Source: Trypanosoma brucei | Taxonomy: Eukaryota | Assembly: GCA_000002445.1 (NCBI GenBank) | Contig: CP000066.1 | Location: 576,001-640,000 of the forward strand | DNA length: 64,000 nucleotides | Direction: 5' to 3' | Shown: piece after piece, positions 18,909-29,627 of the stretch | How the letters are laid out: every line of letters begins with the position of its first letter | How positions within the stretch are numbered: position 1 is the stretch's first letter | Notes under the pieces: generated by a model | The model's database searches: none | What the model was told of the DNA's origin: nothing | Seen by the model: the letters and a program-made list of their open reading frames with translations, nothing else | Translations under genes and position numbers: made by a program

Positions 18909-20231
18909 ATGGAGGATTATTATTATTACGAAGACGACTATGGTGATGAAGAGGGTGAATCACAGGATTCAGCCCTTGGGGATGCCTACTCGACGGCCAA
19001 ATCGCTGATGGGCACAAATCCCCTTCAGTGCGTTGCCGGTCTCCTCGCTGTGGAACGCGACGATAGCAGTGGTGGCAAGTGGACATTTAAGTCTCTCAAA
19101 GCGCTGGTGAAGGTAAGTAGGCAGATGGGCGCCTACGAGGATATGCTCCGGTACTACGAAAGAGTCTGCACATTCAACCACAAAGATGTGGACAAGGGTT
19201 CGTTGCAGAAGGCCATGACGAAGTTCATCGACGAATCACAGCGTGTCCCCGTGGATTACCTGGGTCGCGCACTCAGAACGACAGCGGAAGTCACGTCACG
19301 AGACCTCAAAGCATACAGTAGATTGTGGTTCAACGCAAAAGTGAAGTATGCAACTTTGCTGTTGGATGCAAACGATGTTGGGTCAGTCATCAGTGAAATA
19401 GAACCTGTTTTGGCGTGGTGCAAAGAGGAAGATCCACTTGGCTTTAAGAAGGGTAGTCAGTTGTTTTTTTGCTATGCGCTGTTGCTTCAAGCATACACAG
19501 TCGGAAGAGACTGGAAAAAAGTGCGCGACATGTTTTTTTCCACCATTTCCATAGTTAACACCATTGCTCCATCTCGAGTTGTGGGAAGTGTACTGGAGTG
19601 TGGTGGTAAGATGTACGTTTGCTACCGTGACTGGCAATCAGCTTTCCAGACGTTTTCTGCTGCCTTTAGGTACTACAATGAAGGCGGTGATCCCCGAAGG
19701 ATTAACTGCCTAAAGTACCTTGTGCTGACATGTTTGCTTAGTGGCTCTGATGTTGATCTATTTGCCGCACCAGAGACGAGAGCGTATGAGGAAGTTGCTG
19801 AAATAGTACCCTTCTCAGGACTTGTGAAGGCTTATAGGAGGAATGACGTTCAACGATTCCTTAGTACTGCGGATCTAGTGCGTCAGTGCTTCACAGCAGA
19901 ACCTGCTGTGCTTGTGTGTCTTGACCTGCTGCTTGATAACCTTAGACTGCGGGCCCTTGTTGCTTTCGCATCTCCGTATGAACGGTTGTCCATGCAGCGG
20001 CTTCAGAGTGTGTTGCTTGTCGACAAGGATGAGGTGGATCGCCTATGCCTAAGAGCAGTGAGTGAGGGAGTGCTTCGTGCCAAACTTGACAACGAGAATG
20101 GTGTTGTTATTATGAACGGGGAGTCTGAAGTCGGGCCTGAGACGGAGAGGCTGCTAGCATTTGACCGGTGGGTCAATGCCCTCCATGAATTTAACAAAAG
20201 GTCATACAAGGACATAGAACGTAACCTTTGA
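18909..20231 (+). CDS. CSN2: COP9 signalosome subunit 2 (CSN2), a PCI-domain protein
   Basis: [20 protein letters not shown] aligns with [35 protein letters not shown] aligns with [32 protein letters not shown] aligns with KGTQLLEIYALEIQMYT. The PCI region is C-terminal. Confidence 0.8.
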   Translation: [440 protein letters not shown]

Positions 20232-21682
20232 CCTGATTTACCTTTGTTTTTGTATCGTACTGTTTTGCCTTTAGGCAAAGGGTGTTGTGTGAAACGTGCA
20301 TCAAAGGTGTTCGACGTTCACTGGGGGTTCGAATGGGAGCAGCGCACAACATTGGGGAGTGTTTCCTATAATATTATTTACCCGTTGCGCGTTTCTTCTC
20401 AACTTCCCATTTTTTCTAGCTCCCTCCTCATTCCTTTCCCGGTGCGAAGGACTTTCGTTTCTAGTTGGCGGCCCCTTTTTAGTACACGGTGTAATTAGAG
20501 ACTGTAGACGTTGTGCGGTCGGCTTTTTCGTCAATTAGATTCCACTATGTGGAGTTAGCCATTTGTCGGTCGATATATAAACCTGCACGTGGAAATGTAA
20601 CGCTTTCTTTACTTTTGTGTGTTGCCGTTACTGGTAAACACATTATTCGAAACTTTATTTGTCCAGACGGTAATAGAGGAATGGGTGACAACCCACCCAT
20701 CAGAATTGAGGAATCAATGACGTGTTGCTGTTGCATCCCATTTGTGCTGTGTAAATGGACCGTAACATCTCTTTTGCCTAGCTACTTGAGCAGTCATAAC
20801 CTCTTGTTGTGAGCAGAAACACTTGCGGGTAACACCGATCCGCCTCACACTGTGGCGTGCAATTATTAGTCACCGTCTCATCTCCGCCTTCTTTCTGGAG
20901 GAGCAGCAGCAGCAGAGAGAGAGAGAGAAAAGCAGGAGGCGGGAATTACTAAAGTTGCTTGGGTGATTTTTAGCTTTGGTGCCACTGTAGATCCGTTGTG
21001 TTGCTGCCTTTCTTCAGTTTCCGATGACATAACTGGAAGTACACTGCTGAACTTGTGCTGGCACGACTACCGTTTTCTTTGTTATTGTTGGAGGAGGGGA
21101 ATGATCATAGGCTGTACCTCAGCTTTATCCTTTGGGAGTGGAGAGGGATAACAATATCTATCTTATCAGGGAGAATTGGTACCTGTGATTTTGTGGACTG
21201 TCACAGACTCTGCAGTCAAGTGTTCTTACTACTCTACTCGTGACAAATATCATGCTGGCAATGGCACTAGGCCCTTATGGTCGCTGCGAGCCCGTGTGAG
21301 TAGGTTCGTTTGTTTAAGTGCCTGAACGAACGTTGTTCGTTTGACTAAACAAATGTGCGTTGGTGGGTTTTCGATGCGTTTGTTAACAACGTGTCGTACA
21401 CGAACAGCGACTGTTCAGTTGTTGTTGTTTTTGAGTGCTACAGACCCCCAGATTTTTGGTGTGGAGAGTCTCCTGGCAAGGTTTCTCACGCAGAGGAGGT
21501 CGGTCTCCGCTCCTCCCCATTTTTTCCCCCTCCTTTTCGCAGCTGATTGAACAAAGCACCGCTGTATTACGGCATTTTAGTGGGTAGCAAGTAGCCGCTA
21601 TCCTTGCCCAACAATTTTAAAGTTTCATAGTGTTCTGGAAGAAAAAAAACATAGAAGGTGTTGGCACCAATAGCTATACAGA

Positions 21683-23539
21683 ATGAAGTCTCGACAACCG
21701 ACGAAGAATTGCATCAACATGCACGACATTGTTGCCCAGCCACTTGACGCGGTGGTGGGTGCCATCAACGCTACTTTACGGCGGCCAGAGGAACTTGACG
21801 ATGCCGAGGTCCGCAGTATTTTCGAGGAAACTTCGTTTATTTTGCTACGGGCTGAAGAGGCGCTGATGGCCTCTGAGGAAGCTGCATTTCGTGCTCTCTT
21901 CACGCTTCTCAACAAGGGGTTTGCTCATAGCGCCGAGTCATTTGGCAAGGGCGTGGAGGTGTTTAGTTCCCAAGTCATGCTGCTGGAAGTGTTGGAAAGC
22001 ATTTTTCATCGTGCCGTCAAGCTCCAAGTCTTCCCGCTGCAGGGCGAAGCCGTTGCAGCGCTGCTTTACACCGTTGGAAACTTGTGTGATGGTGATGGCA
22101 CTAAAGATTCCTGTGGTCGCCTCTTTATTGGTGGGCTGGCAAACATCCTTGTCCACATGTACAGCCAGGATGTTGAAGAAGCACACCAGCACTTTGTCAC
22201 GCAACGCGCTGCTGTAGGTGCGATGATTAAATTGATGAAGAGGTCCCCACGGAATAGGAAACTCATCACTTCGTGGGACTTTTTGGCGAATTGCTGTGCT
22301 TTGAGCGTCGACCCCTTCTTCCAATTGCAGTGTATTGAGTTGTTGTATCGTGTTTCCCGCTCTAACAAATCGATATTTAAGCAAATGAAGAGTCGCCTTT
22401 CGACTGAGGTTATAGAGAAACTCGCCTCCTTGACAAACAGTGCAACATTGATATCTGATATGATGGGCGTGCTTGCGGTCATAAACCGTGACCGAGAGAG
22501 TCTTCTGGTGTTTCCTTTGGGAGCTTGTGAAGTGGCTGGTGTAGACTTAAACGGCTCGATGACGTGCTACTTCGCACCGCACTATTTTGTGCTTATATCC
22601 TCCGATGCCGTTACGGAGAGTACCATTCCTTATTCATCCATTCGGTCCGCGAAGTTTGTGGAACCCAGCGGTGTCGCTATCCGTGTTCACGAATTTCCTG
22701 CAAGTTTGGTGGCAGGGTTATCTAGAAAAACTCCAAAAGGCGATACACTAACGCTCCGTGTGAGCAGGGAACAACTCCAACGATTTAAGAGCTCGTCGAT
22801 TCATTCATGGATTACCGCTGCTATGAAAACTAGAGAAGGTGCACACCAGACCCCCGTTGGTGCACCCGGGGCCGGCAACAATGAACGCTGGAGCTCTGGT
22901 GTGACTCCAGTGGCATCGGACCATCCCCAGGACGGCAGCGGTCGTAAGAGATATCGAGAAGAATCCGTACAATCAGCAGGAAGCGGTAAGCCTGGCACAA
23001 CTTCCGACTTGAAAAATGTTGGGTCTTCGGAGGGACCGACAAGCGGTATCATGAAACATTCGGCTGAAGCGGTGAAGTTGATGAGCGAGGTATTCCCCCA
23101 GAAGGTAACTTCAATTATGTCTGAATCGATAAATAAGATCCAGGAAGCAGTCGACGGTGCACGTGTAACGACCGATGGATACCGCAGTCACGTCAAGTCG
23201 GCTGTCGAGGGGGCCATTCAACTCGTGGAGGATTCCCTTATGGCATCGCATTCAAAGGCTGCGGCAGCGGTGGAGAAACTAAACCACGAGCTGCAGGAAC
23301 GAAAAGCAACCGATACCGCCTTTCATCAGCGGATCGCGTGCATAGAGATTGCCGCGCAGCAGGCCTTGGAGGAAAGTAGAGAGAGTGAGGTGAGGTCGCT
23401 CGATTCGATAAAAAAGGAATTCGAGCAGCATGCAGCGAAGTATGCGGCAGCACTCGATGATGAACTTATACGACTGTCGAACCCGGTGAGTACCCTTTTT
23501 AACATTTTTAATTCCGAGGGTAACCAAAGCATTTGTTAG
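21683..23539 (+). CDS. Hypothetical protein, 618 aa, N-terminal helical region plus C-terminal coiled coil
   Basis: Long ORF with a verified ATG inside the plus-strand unit. I recognise no family. Confidence 0.5.
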   Translation: MKSRQPTKNCINMHDIVAQPLDAVVGAINATLRRPEELDDAEVRSIFEETSFILLRAEEALMASEEAAFRALFTLLNKGFAHSAESFGKGVEVFSSQVMLLEVLESIFHRAVKLQVFPLQGEAVAALLYTVGNLCDGDGTKDSCGRLFIGGLANILVHMYSQDVEEAHQHFVTQRAAVGAMIKLMKRSPRNRKLITSWDFLANCCALSVDPFFQLQCIELLYRVSRSNKSIFKQMKSRLSTEVIEKLASLTNSATLISDMMGVLAVINRDRESLLVFPLGACEVAGVDLNGSMTCYFAPHYFVLISSDAVTESTIPYSSIRSAKFVEPSGVAIRVHEFPASLVAGLSRKTPKGDTLTLRVSREQLQRFKSSSIHSWITAAMKTREGAHQTPVGAPGAGNNERWSSGVTPVASDHPQDGSGRKRYREESVQSAGSGKPGTTSDLKNVGSSEGPTSGIMKHSAEAVKLMSEVFPQKVTSIMSESINKIQEAVDGARVTTDGYRSHVKSAVEGAIQLVEDSLMASHSKAAAAVEKLNHELQERKATDTAFHQRIACIEIAAQQALEESRESEVRSLDSIKKEFEQHAAKYAAALDDELIRLSNPVSTLFNIFNSEGNQSIC

Positions 23540-23845
23540 ACTGCCAATTCGTATTTACTGGCATGTTTTACTCCGACTTGTCCTTCCACGCTTGTATATA
23601 AATCACTTCTCGCGTGTATGCGGCAAACCATGGATCGTTCGTTGCCATGGCTGAGTAATGACGTAAACAGTAGTGAGCGTGCATGAAGCAATCGTTCGCA
23701 TGTACATGGGTCGATACTGCAAGATAGTTGTTTGGCATGGCTCCCTCATCTTCGTTCCCGTGTCCCTTTCCCCTTCCCCGCGTTATATTCTGCAGGGGAA
23801 GATATAAGAAAAAAGTTTTTTTAAAAAGGCATTAATACCACAGTC

Positions 23846-24844
23846 ATGGCTTGGATAACTGATGCTGCCGTTTCGCAGTTCCCATTGGCCACGGTCCTGA
23901 AGCAGCAGGGAGCTCTTCCCACATCCAACATGTTTACCGCTCTCCCCGAAAACCGAGTGCTTCGCATCTTTCAGCTCAATGCACTGACGACACAGGAGGA
24001 GGTTGTAGAGATCCTTCGTGGTTATCTGTTAGACATATTCAACATAGGAGCTCTTCAATCATACCGTTATGTTTACCAGGACGAGTTTAGCTTTCTTCTC
24101 GACGTCATTCTCTTTTTCGGGTCGACTTGGAGGTGCGGTCAGTCCGTGGGAGATCGTATGCAGAACCTTGTTTTACGCAATGAGATCAAAGCACTGGAAT
24201 CTGGGCAGAGCGACGCTGTACAGCTGGTCCATTCACTCGTGCCAAGCCGCGCTCGTCTTCTTTTGTATGGGGTACTTAATCTCTTCGTACCTTATTTATT
24301 CCGAAAACTGCAGCGGCGGACCTTGGAGGAAGGTTGGGAGGACGGGGGCGCAGGCGTTGTTAAGCGTAAATTGGCCAAACTACTGAAGGCTGTATCCGTT
24401 TCGTGGATGATCATCTCCCTGCTACACACCCTGCACTTCCTTGCTACAGCGCAGTATCGCACGCCTGTGGAGAGAATGCTTTCACTTCGGCTAGTATACG
24501 GTAGCCAGGATACTCGGAGGTTTACGAACCTTATCTACTTGAACCAACACATATTTTGGCAGATATGGAGTTCTTTCATAAGTGTGCTCAATATCGGCCG
24601 ATACACCTCAAGAGTAACTCGGTTTCTGCAAGCTTTCACAGCGAAGCCGGGAAATCCCTCTTTGACCGATAATGCATGTTCTGCATGCCACAATAAGCCA
24701 ACACTCCCACAACGATCAAACTGCGGGCACTTGTATTGCTATTACTGCATCAAGAGTCGCCTGTTAGGTCCTGGCTCCGCAAAGTCGTTTAGATGCTTGC
24801 GTTGCGGAACGGTTGTAAGCACAACCACCCCATGGGCACAGTGA
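23846..24844 (+). CDS. PEX2: Peroxin PEX2 (glycosome/peroxisome biogenesis RING E3)
   Basis: N-terminal Pex2/Pex12-type domain and a C-terminal complete C3HC4 RING: CSACHNKPTLPQRSNCGHLYCYYCIKSRLL...CLRCG. The FCY(Y/F)CI motif is typical of PEX2. Confidence 0.65.
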   Translation: MAWITDAAVSQFPLATVLKQQGALPTSNMFTALPENRVLRIFQLNALTTQEEVVEILRGYLLDIFNIGALQSYRYVYQDEFSFLLDVILFFGSTWRCGQSVGDRMQNLVLRNEIKALESGQSDAVQLVHSLVPSRARLLLYGVLNLFVPYLFRKLQRRTLEEGWEDGGAGVVKRKLAKLLKAVSVSWMIISLLHTLHFLATAQYRTPVERMLSLRLVYGSQDTRRFTNLIYLNQHIFWQIWSSFISVLNIGRYTSRVTRFLQAFTAKPGNPSLTDNACSACHNKPTLPQRSNCGHLYCYYCIKSRLLGPGSAKSFRCLRCGTVVSTTTPWAQ

Positions 24845-25320
24845 TCTATATGCAGTGGATAAGATGATGGTTGGGCAGGACGGGGATGGAGGAGTAGTGC
24901 TAAACGGACTGAAGCAACATCAAACGCTGGAAGGGGAGGAGCGTGTAAATTTAAGTGTGTGTTCATGCGTATGAACTCTGTCATTCCAACTTCTTCCGAC
25001 TCCGCGTGTGTGTTTGCTGAGGTGGTATTGCGCGTAATCCCGCAGTTCGGTGTTGAATATCCTTTTCTTTTACTTTGATCTATGCAAAGGCAGAACCACA
25101 GGCTTCTCCGGCTTGAATGTAGTAGGCAACTTGCGAGCGCTTACTCGCTTTTTTGAATTTCTCAAATAAAGTGACCAGCCCTCTATGGTCCATCTGCCCC
25201 TTTGTTTTTCTCACCGTCCGCATCTTTGGTTATTATTAATTTTTTTTTTGCGTTTTGTTGCCCTCCATCCTCGCTCCCGAATTACTCTTTGGAGTATCGT
25301 AGACTTTCTCCCTTCAACAT

Positions 25321-25842
25321 ATGGATCCGGCGGTAGGGGTCTTCTCCCCTTTCCACAGCGTCCTTGACGGGAAGAATAGCCGGATAAACCAAGCATTGGA
25401 GCTGGCGACAAAGGTGACCGTAAAAGAGGAACCGGACACTGAGAACGGCGGTGGCAAGGCAGCGATCATCAAGACACCGAAAGAAAATGGATCAAACCCC
25501 AACGGAACGTTGTGTGGCGGCTGCGAAAAGGTTTACACAACGAAAAAAATCCCTAAAGGGGGGACTTACCTTTGCAAACAGTGTGGGGAGAGGTACATTT
25601 CCAAATCTGCCGCCGGTCATTTCCCACCAAACACGCTGAAGTGCTGTCCTGCTAGTGTTACGGAGGGTACCGACGGTGTTGTACGTTGTTGCGCATGCCA
25701 CAGCTGGTACCATTGTGCGTGCTTGGGTATAGTTGATAAAACGCTCAAAGAGTATATCTCGTTGTCTACTACTAAGTGGTATTGCATGGAACCCGCTTGC
25801 TGTGAAAAGGTTCTGTGCGAGAAATTGAAGCGGAAACGGTAG
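25321..25842 (+). CDS. Small Cys-rich PHD-like zinc-finger protein, 173 aa
   Basis: CGGC..CKQCGERY and RCCACHSWYHCACLGI...WYCMEPACC give PHD/zinc-ribbon-like spacing. ATG verified. Confidence 0.4.
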   Translation: MDPAVGVFSPFHSVLDGKNSRINQALELATKVTVKEEPDTENGGGKAAIIKTPKENGSNPNGTLCGGCEKVYTTKKIPKGGTYLCKQCGERYISKSAAGHFPPNTLKCCPASVTEGTDGVVRCCACHSWYHCACLGIVDKTLKEYISLSTTKWYCMEPACCEKVLCEKLKRKR

Positions 25843-26104
25843 AAAAAGATTAACAGGGGGGGATACCGACCCGAACTGTGGTCACCCCCAGCGTTTCCAA
25901 GTCGATTTTATTCTTTTGTTGGTTGATCTATTTGTGGGGAAAGCGCTCCGAAGTTGCGTGAAGACCCGTCAACCCCCGCTGCTATCCGGTGTGGTGTGTG
26001 GTTTGTATCCTCCCTTTTTTTATCAACGTTCCTCTGTCTTTGCTTTATTTAGCACAAGTAACGTCAACAGAGCAAGGCGATTAGTGCACGCGTGATCATT
26101 CGCC

Positions 26105-27532
26105 ATGATTCACTTCGTCTTACTATGCTATCTCCTTTTCCCGCACGTACACCCGCAAGCCGCACCACTTCTCGAAGCGCTGGATCATCCGCTGTACTTC
26201 AGATCCAGCATGATGGCACAAAAAACAGATATTATAAATGGCAGTGTAATGAAGAAGCTGTTGGATTGGTACGTGGTCCGCGAGGCAAGTGAGTTGGGCT
26301 TTCGTGTTGCTACACTATTACAGACTGAAAACATGACACACTCAGAGCATGCAGAACCTTCCCTTGTTGCTCTTGGCCATGTAGTCACACGATGTAAACC
26401 CGTTTCAATGCCATCGTCTGCACCTGACGCTGCTTCTGTTGCATTACAGACATCACCTAGAACTATAAGGTTCTTTTATATCTGCAGCGGGTGGTCCTCC
26501 GCAACTCTTCGTGCCGTGGTTGCCCACTGGCGGGAAGGGACACTGGAGACAGTGGTGGACGAACCAGTCCTTTCGCTTGGTGCAGCGCGGGGGTGGCATT
26601 TGCCTATCAGCGTCCCAGATACGCCTCAACATTTGCTCTACGTTCTTGCGGCCGATGGGAAAACAACGGCAGTGCTGATCGAGGCCGATGAGTCTCCCAC
26701 AAGTGCACAACCCACTCGCATAACGACCCTACGCTTACCTCAGAAGTCGGCCGCGGGCGACACAAGATTAGTGTCATCTTGTTACCTGCCGAGCGTTGGG
26801 CTCAGTGGTCTCGTGCACCATTCAGAGACAGATGGACACTCGCACTTTGAACTGCACCGTGTCTTTTCCTCTGCACAGTCAGCAGAATTGCTACTGGAAA
26901 CATCAACGAACATCTTTACTGAACTCAGCGTGGAAGAGCGGCTTCACTGCAGCCTCTCGTCCCGCGTCACTTTCACTGACTGTAGCCTCACCTTCTCCAA
27001 TGAGGCGGTGTCTCGTGTGGACGTAACGGTTACCGCCCTTGTTGAGTCTCCAGTCGGAAGCGGTGGACACACAGTCGATGAGTGGATTTTGTGTGGCAAA
27101 ATAACACTTTCAGGAAACGCTGTGGTAAAAGAAAGTGGACTAAGAATTCAAGTGGCTCCTTTGCGCCGAGAGCGATTTACACCTGCGCGAACGACTCTTG
27201 AGCACGTTGCGCGCTTGGGATCGAACGGAAGTATCACGGGCCACATGAGGCGCTGTATTTTTTACCACGCTGGCGGTGCCGCCAGAGCTGAAGGTGGCGG
27301 TGAGGAGGTCGTGAATTGTAGCAGTGCCACAACCCACTTCCGCAGCGGTCGCCGCGGTGTTTCCAAGAGCTGCGTGGCGTTGCGGGTGTGGTGGAGACAA
27401 GAAGAGACCATCAATGGATATTTGTGCAATAAATTTGGTCTCTCCACCACCGAATTAAGCTCCGTTTTCTTTGTACTATTCACATCATTATGCGGTCTCC
27501 AACTTACCGCTTATTTTTTTTGTTCAACCTAG
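26105..27532 (+). CDS. Hypothetical protein, 475 aa; hydrophobic N-terminus and a C-terminal hydrophobic segment
   Basis: Long ORF with ATG. I recognise no domain. Confidence 0.4.
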   Translation: MIHFVLLCYLLFPHVHPQAAPLLEALDHPLYFRSSMMAQKTDIINGSVMKKLLDWYVVREASELGFRVATLLQTENMTHSEHAEPSLVALGHVVTRCKPVSMPSSAPDAASVALQTSPRTIRFFYICSGWSSATLRAVVAHWREGTLETVVDEPVLSLGAARGWHLPISVPDTPQHLLYVLAADGKTTAVLIEADESPTSAQPTRITTLRLPQKSAAGDTRLVSSCYLPSVGLSGLVHHSETDGHSHFELHRVFSSAQSAELLLETSTNIFTELSVEERLHCSLSSRVTFTDCSLTFSNEAVSRVDVTVTALVESPVGSGGHTVDEWILCGKITLSGNAVVKESGLRIQVAPLRRERFTPARTTLEHVARLGSNGSITGHMRRCIFYHAGGAARAEGGGEEVVNCSSATTHFRSGRRGVSKSCVALRVWWRQEETINGYLCNKFGLSTTELSSVFFVLFTSLCGLQLTAYFFCST

Positions 27533-27855
27533 AGGCGGTTCTCTCTTAAGAGCATGAGGTCCTCGGTTTTGATCCCGTACAATATCCTAGTTTGTTTGTT
27601 GTTATTGTTCGTTTGTTTGTTTTACGTTTGTCTGTTCTGTTTGCTGTCTATTTTGTATAATTTTTACTATATTGTGCCACTTTCATTTTTGTTATCTTTC
27701 TCTCCCACGTACCTCCCCTCTCCCTACTCCCATGGAGCGGTGCACCGCATTTTGTGTGAATTTATCACATATGTTCGCTCCCACAGGTACATGTTCATCT
27801 GCGTATATTTTTCTTCCTTTTCCCTCGCCTTTGTACTTCGTGGAGCGAGTTAAGG

Positions 27856-28260
27856 ATGAACAACAAGGCACCGGGCACGCCGCCCCGTCCGGAAGGGTAT
27901 GAAACGGCGGGAGGTGCTGCAACAAATGAAAATTTTTTCCACCCCAAACGTAAGATGACGAAAAGCATTCAGCGAGCGGGGTTCCGCTCTGCGCGGCGCC
28001 TAATGGTGTGCTTTTCGGTAGTCATCGGAACAATTGTTATAGCGCCTTCGTACTTGGGACCATTTTATGTAAACTACGTGGCCGGTAAGAACTGGTTAGA
28101 GCGGGCGAGCAAGTCCATTTGGACCCGACGTAACGAGAAGGATTACGACCTCTACATGACGCAGCGCAAGAATGGGTGGTGGGAGTATTTAGGACTCAAA
28201 CACTACAACATTGGGGGTGAAACTAATGTTGGCGAGATCCAGACATACCGAAGCAAATAA
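27856..28260 (+). CDS. Small single-pass membrane protein, 134 aa (hypothetical)
   Basis: ATG ORF with one transmembrane helix (LMVCFSVVIGTIVIAP). Non-low-complexity composition and correct strand for the unit. Confidence 0.3.
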   Translation: MNNKAPGTPPRPEGYETAGGAATNENFFHPKRKMTKSIQRAGFRSARRLMVCFSVVIGTIVIAPSYLGPFYVNYVAGKNWLERASKSIWTRRNEKDYDLYMTQRKNGWWEYLGLKHYNIGGETNVGEIQTYRSK

Positions 28261-28764
28261 AACCATGAAGCCAGCATATGGAGGGAATCAGGGGAAAGCA
28301 GGTTTTGCTGTGCGGGTGCAAGTACCTATTTAGTCGTTGGTTCTAGCGTACGTAGTTGTTTCTTTTTATATATATATATATATATTATTTTTGAATTTAG
28401 TTTGTTTCATGTCAAGTTTCCCCTCCCTTTTCCCTTTTTTTTTCCTTTTGATCACATTTCAGCCTTTATATATGGTTTGTTGTCTGGCTCATAGAAGGCG
28501 TGTGTGGAGCTCTTGGCGTACCACAAATGGACTACCATTAGGCAGACAACAATCTGCTTTGGCTTTACCGGAAGCCGAACAATTGAAGGGCTTATTGTTG
28601 TTTGCGAAGTTTGGGGGACACCACACTCGATTTGCATGTGTTTCTTTTTTTTTTCTTTTACCTTTTAGCGCTTGACCTTTGGCTTATATAGCCCCCACTT
28701 TCCCCGTTATAATGTTGCGGACCTTCATCATCCTCTTTGCCTTTTTATAGCATAGCAAACGCAT

Positions 28765-29085
28765 ATGGAAAAAAATGCGCATGGGCTACTAGCCGATGCA
28801 GATTCACCGAAGGCCCATCGGCACATACGCAATACATTGAAAGTGAACAAATTGAGTAGTGCGCTTATGTTTATGGCAGTTGTTACGCCCGTAATGGTTT
28901 TGGTTTCGTTTTACAGCGCAAAGCTTGAAGCAGTGCGGGAAAAGTGGGTGGATCCGTATGAGTTGCCACCCGGCTTTAATCCCAAAACGGGAAGGTTTAT
29001 GTCTGACAGTAAACCTCAAGGGGTAACGGAGCCGCCGGCGCCACTTCTGCTGCGGGGCGCTGTGCCAGGGGCAACACGGCAATGA
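28765..29085 (+). CDS. Small single-pass membrane protein, 106 aa (hypothetical)
   Basis: ATG ORF with transmembrane helix ALMFMAVVTPVMVLVSFY, correct strand for the unit. Confidence 0.3.
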   Translation: MEKNAHGLLADADSPKAHRHIRNTLKVNKLSSALMFMAVVTPVMVLVSFYSAKLEAVREKWVDPYELPPGFNPKTGRFMSDSKPQGVTEPPAPLLLRGAVPGATRQ

Positions 29086-29627
29086 GGCAATTAAATCATA
29101 ACTAATAAGAGACACCGGCTGAATGTCAAAACAAAAAAATTCCAATCGGAACATGTACATTTGGGGCTTTTCCGCCTGAAGAATATGTGAGCGTTCGACA
29201 CCCACGAGTTTGTTTTGTCTTTTTGTGTGTTTTGATTTGCTTGACAGGACGAATGGCACGCGTTTGTCGTCAGCTGGGCATGCAATGGTGTATATTAGTG
29301 TCATATCTTGGGTATTTTATCCTAGTTTAGCCTCTTTTATTTGTGTTGGTGTCCGACTAAACTGCATGCCACAAAATTGTCTTGAATTTTTTTTTCACCT
29401 TTTTTTTTCTTTTTTGTTCTGTGTTTTCGTAATACTCAAGACCATTGGGAGCTTTTTGTACCTCTAAAAAAAAAAAAGCTCACCCGACGCCATTTGATTC
29501 ATATCCCACTCCTAGTGGTGGCATCGGCACAGAACTTTGTTTGTTTTGTTATTTTCTTTGTATTTAGTGGCTGGCACATATCGTTTGTGTTTGGAAGCCC
29601 ACGTAGCTGAATGTGATACGGCCCTTC

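Noticed and set aside
20310-20350. gggggttcgaatgggagcagcgc, another T-loop-like string
   Set aside because: It lacks a CCCCC 3' stem and a cloverleaf context. It lies in an intergenic region of the plus-strand unit.
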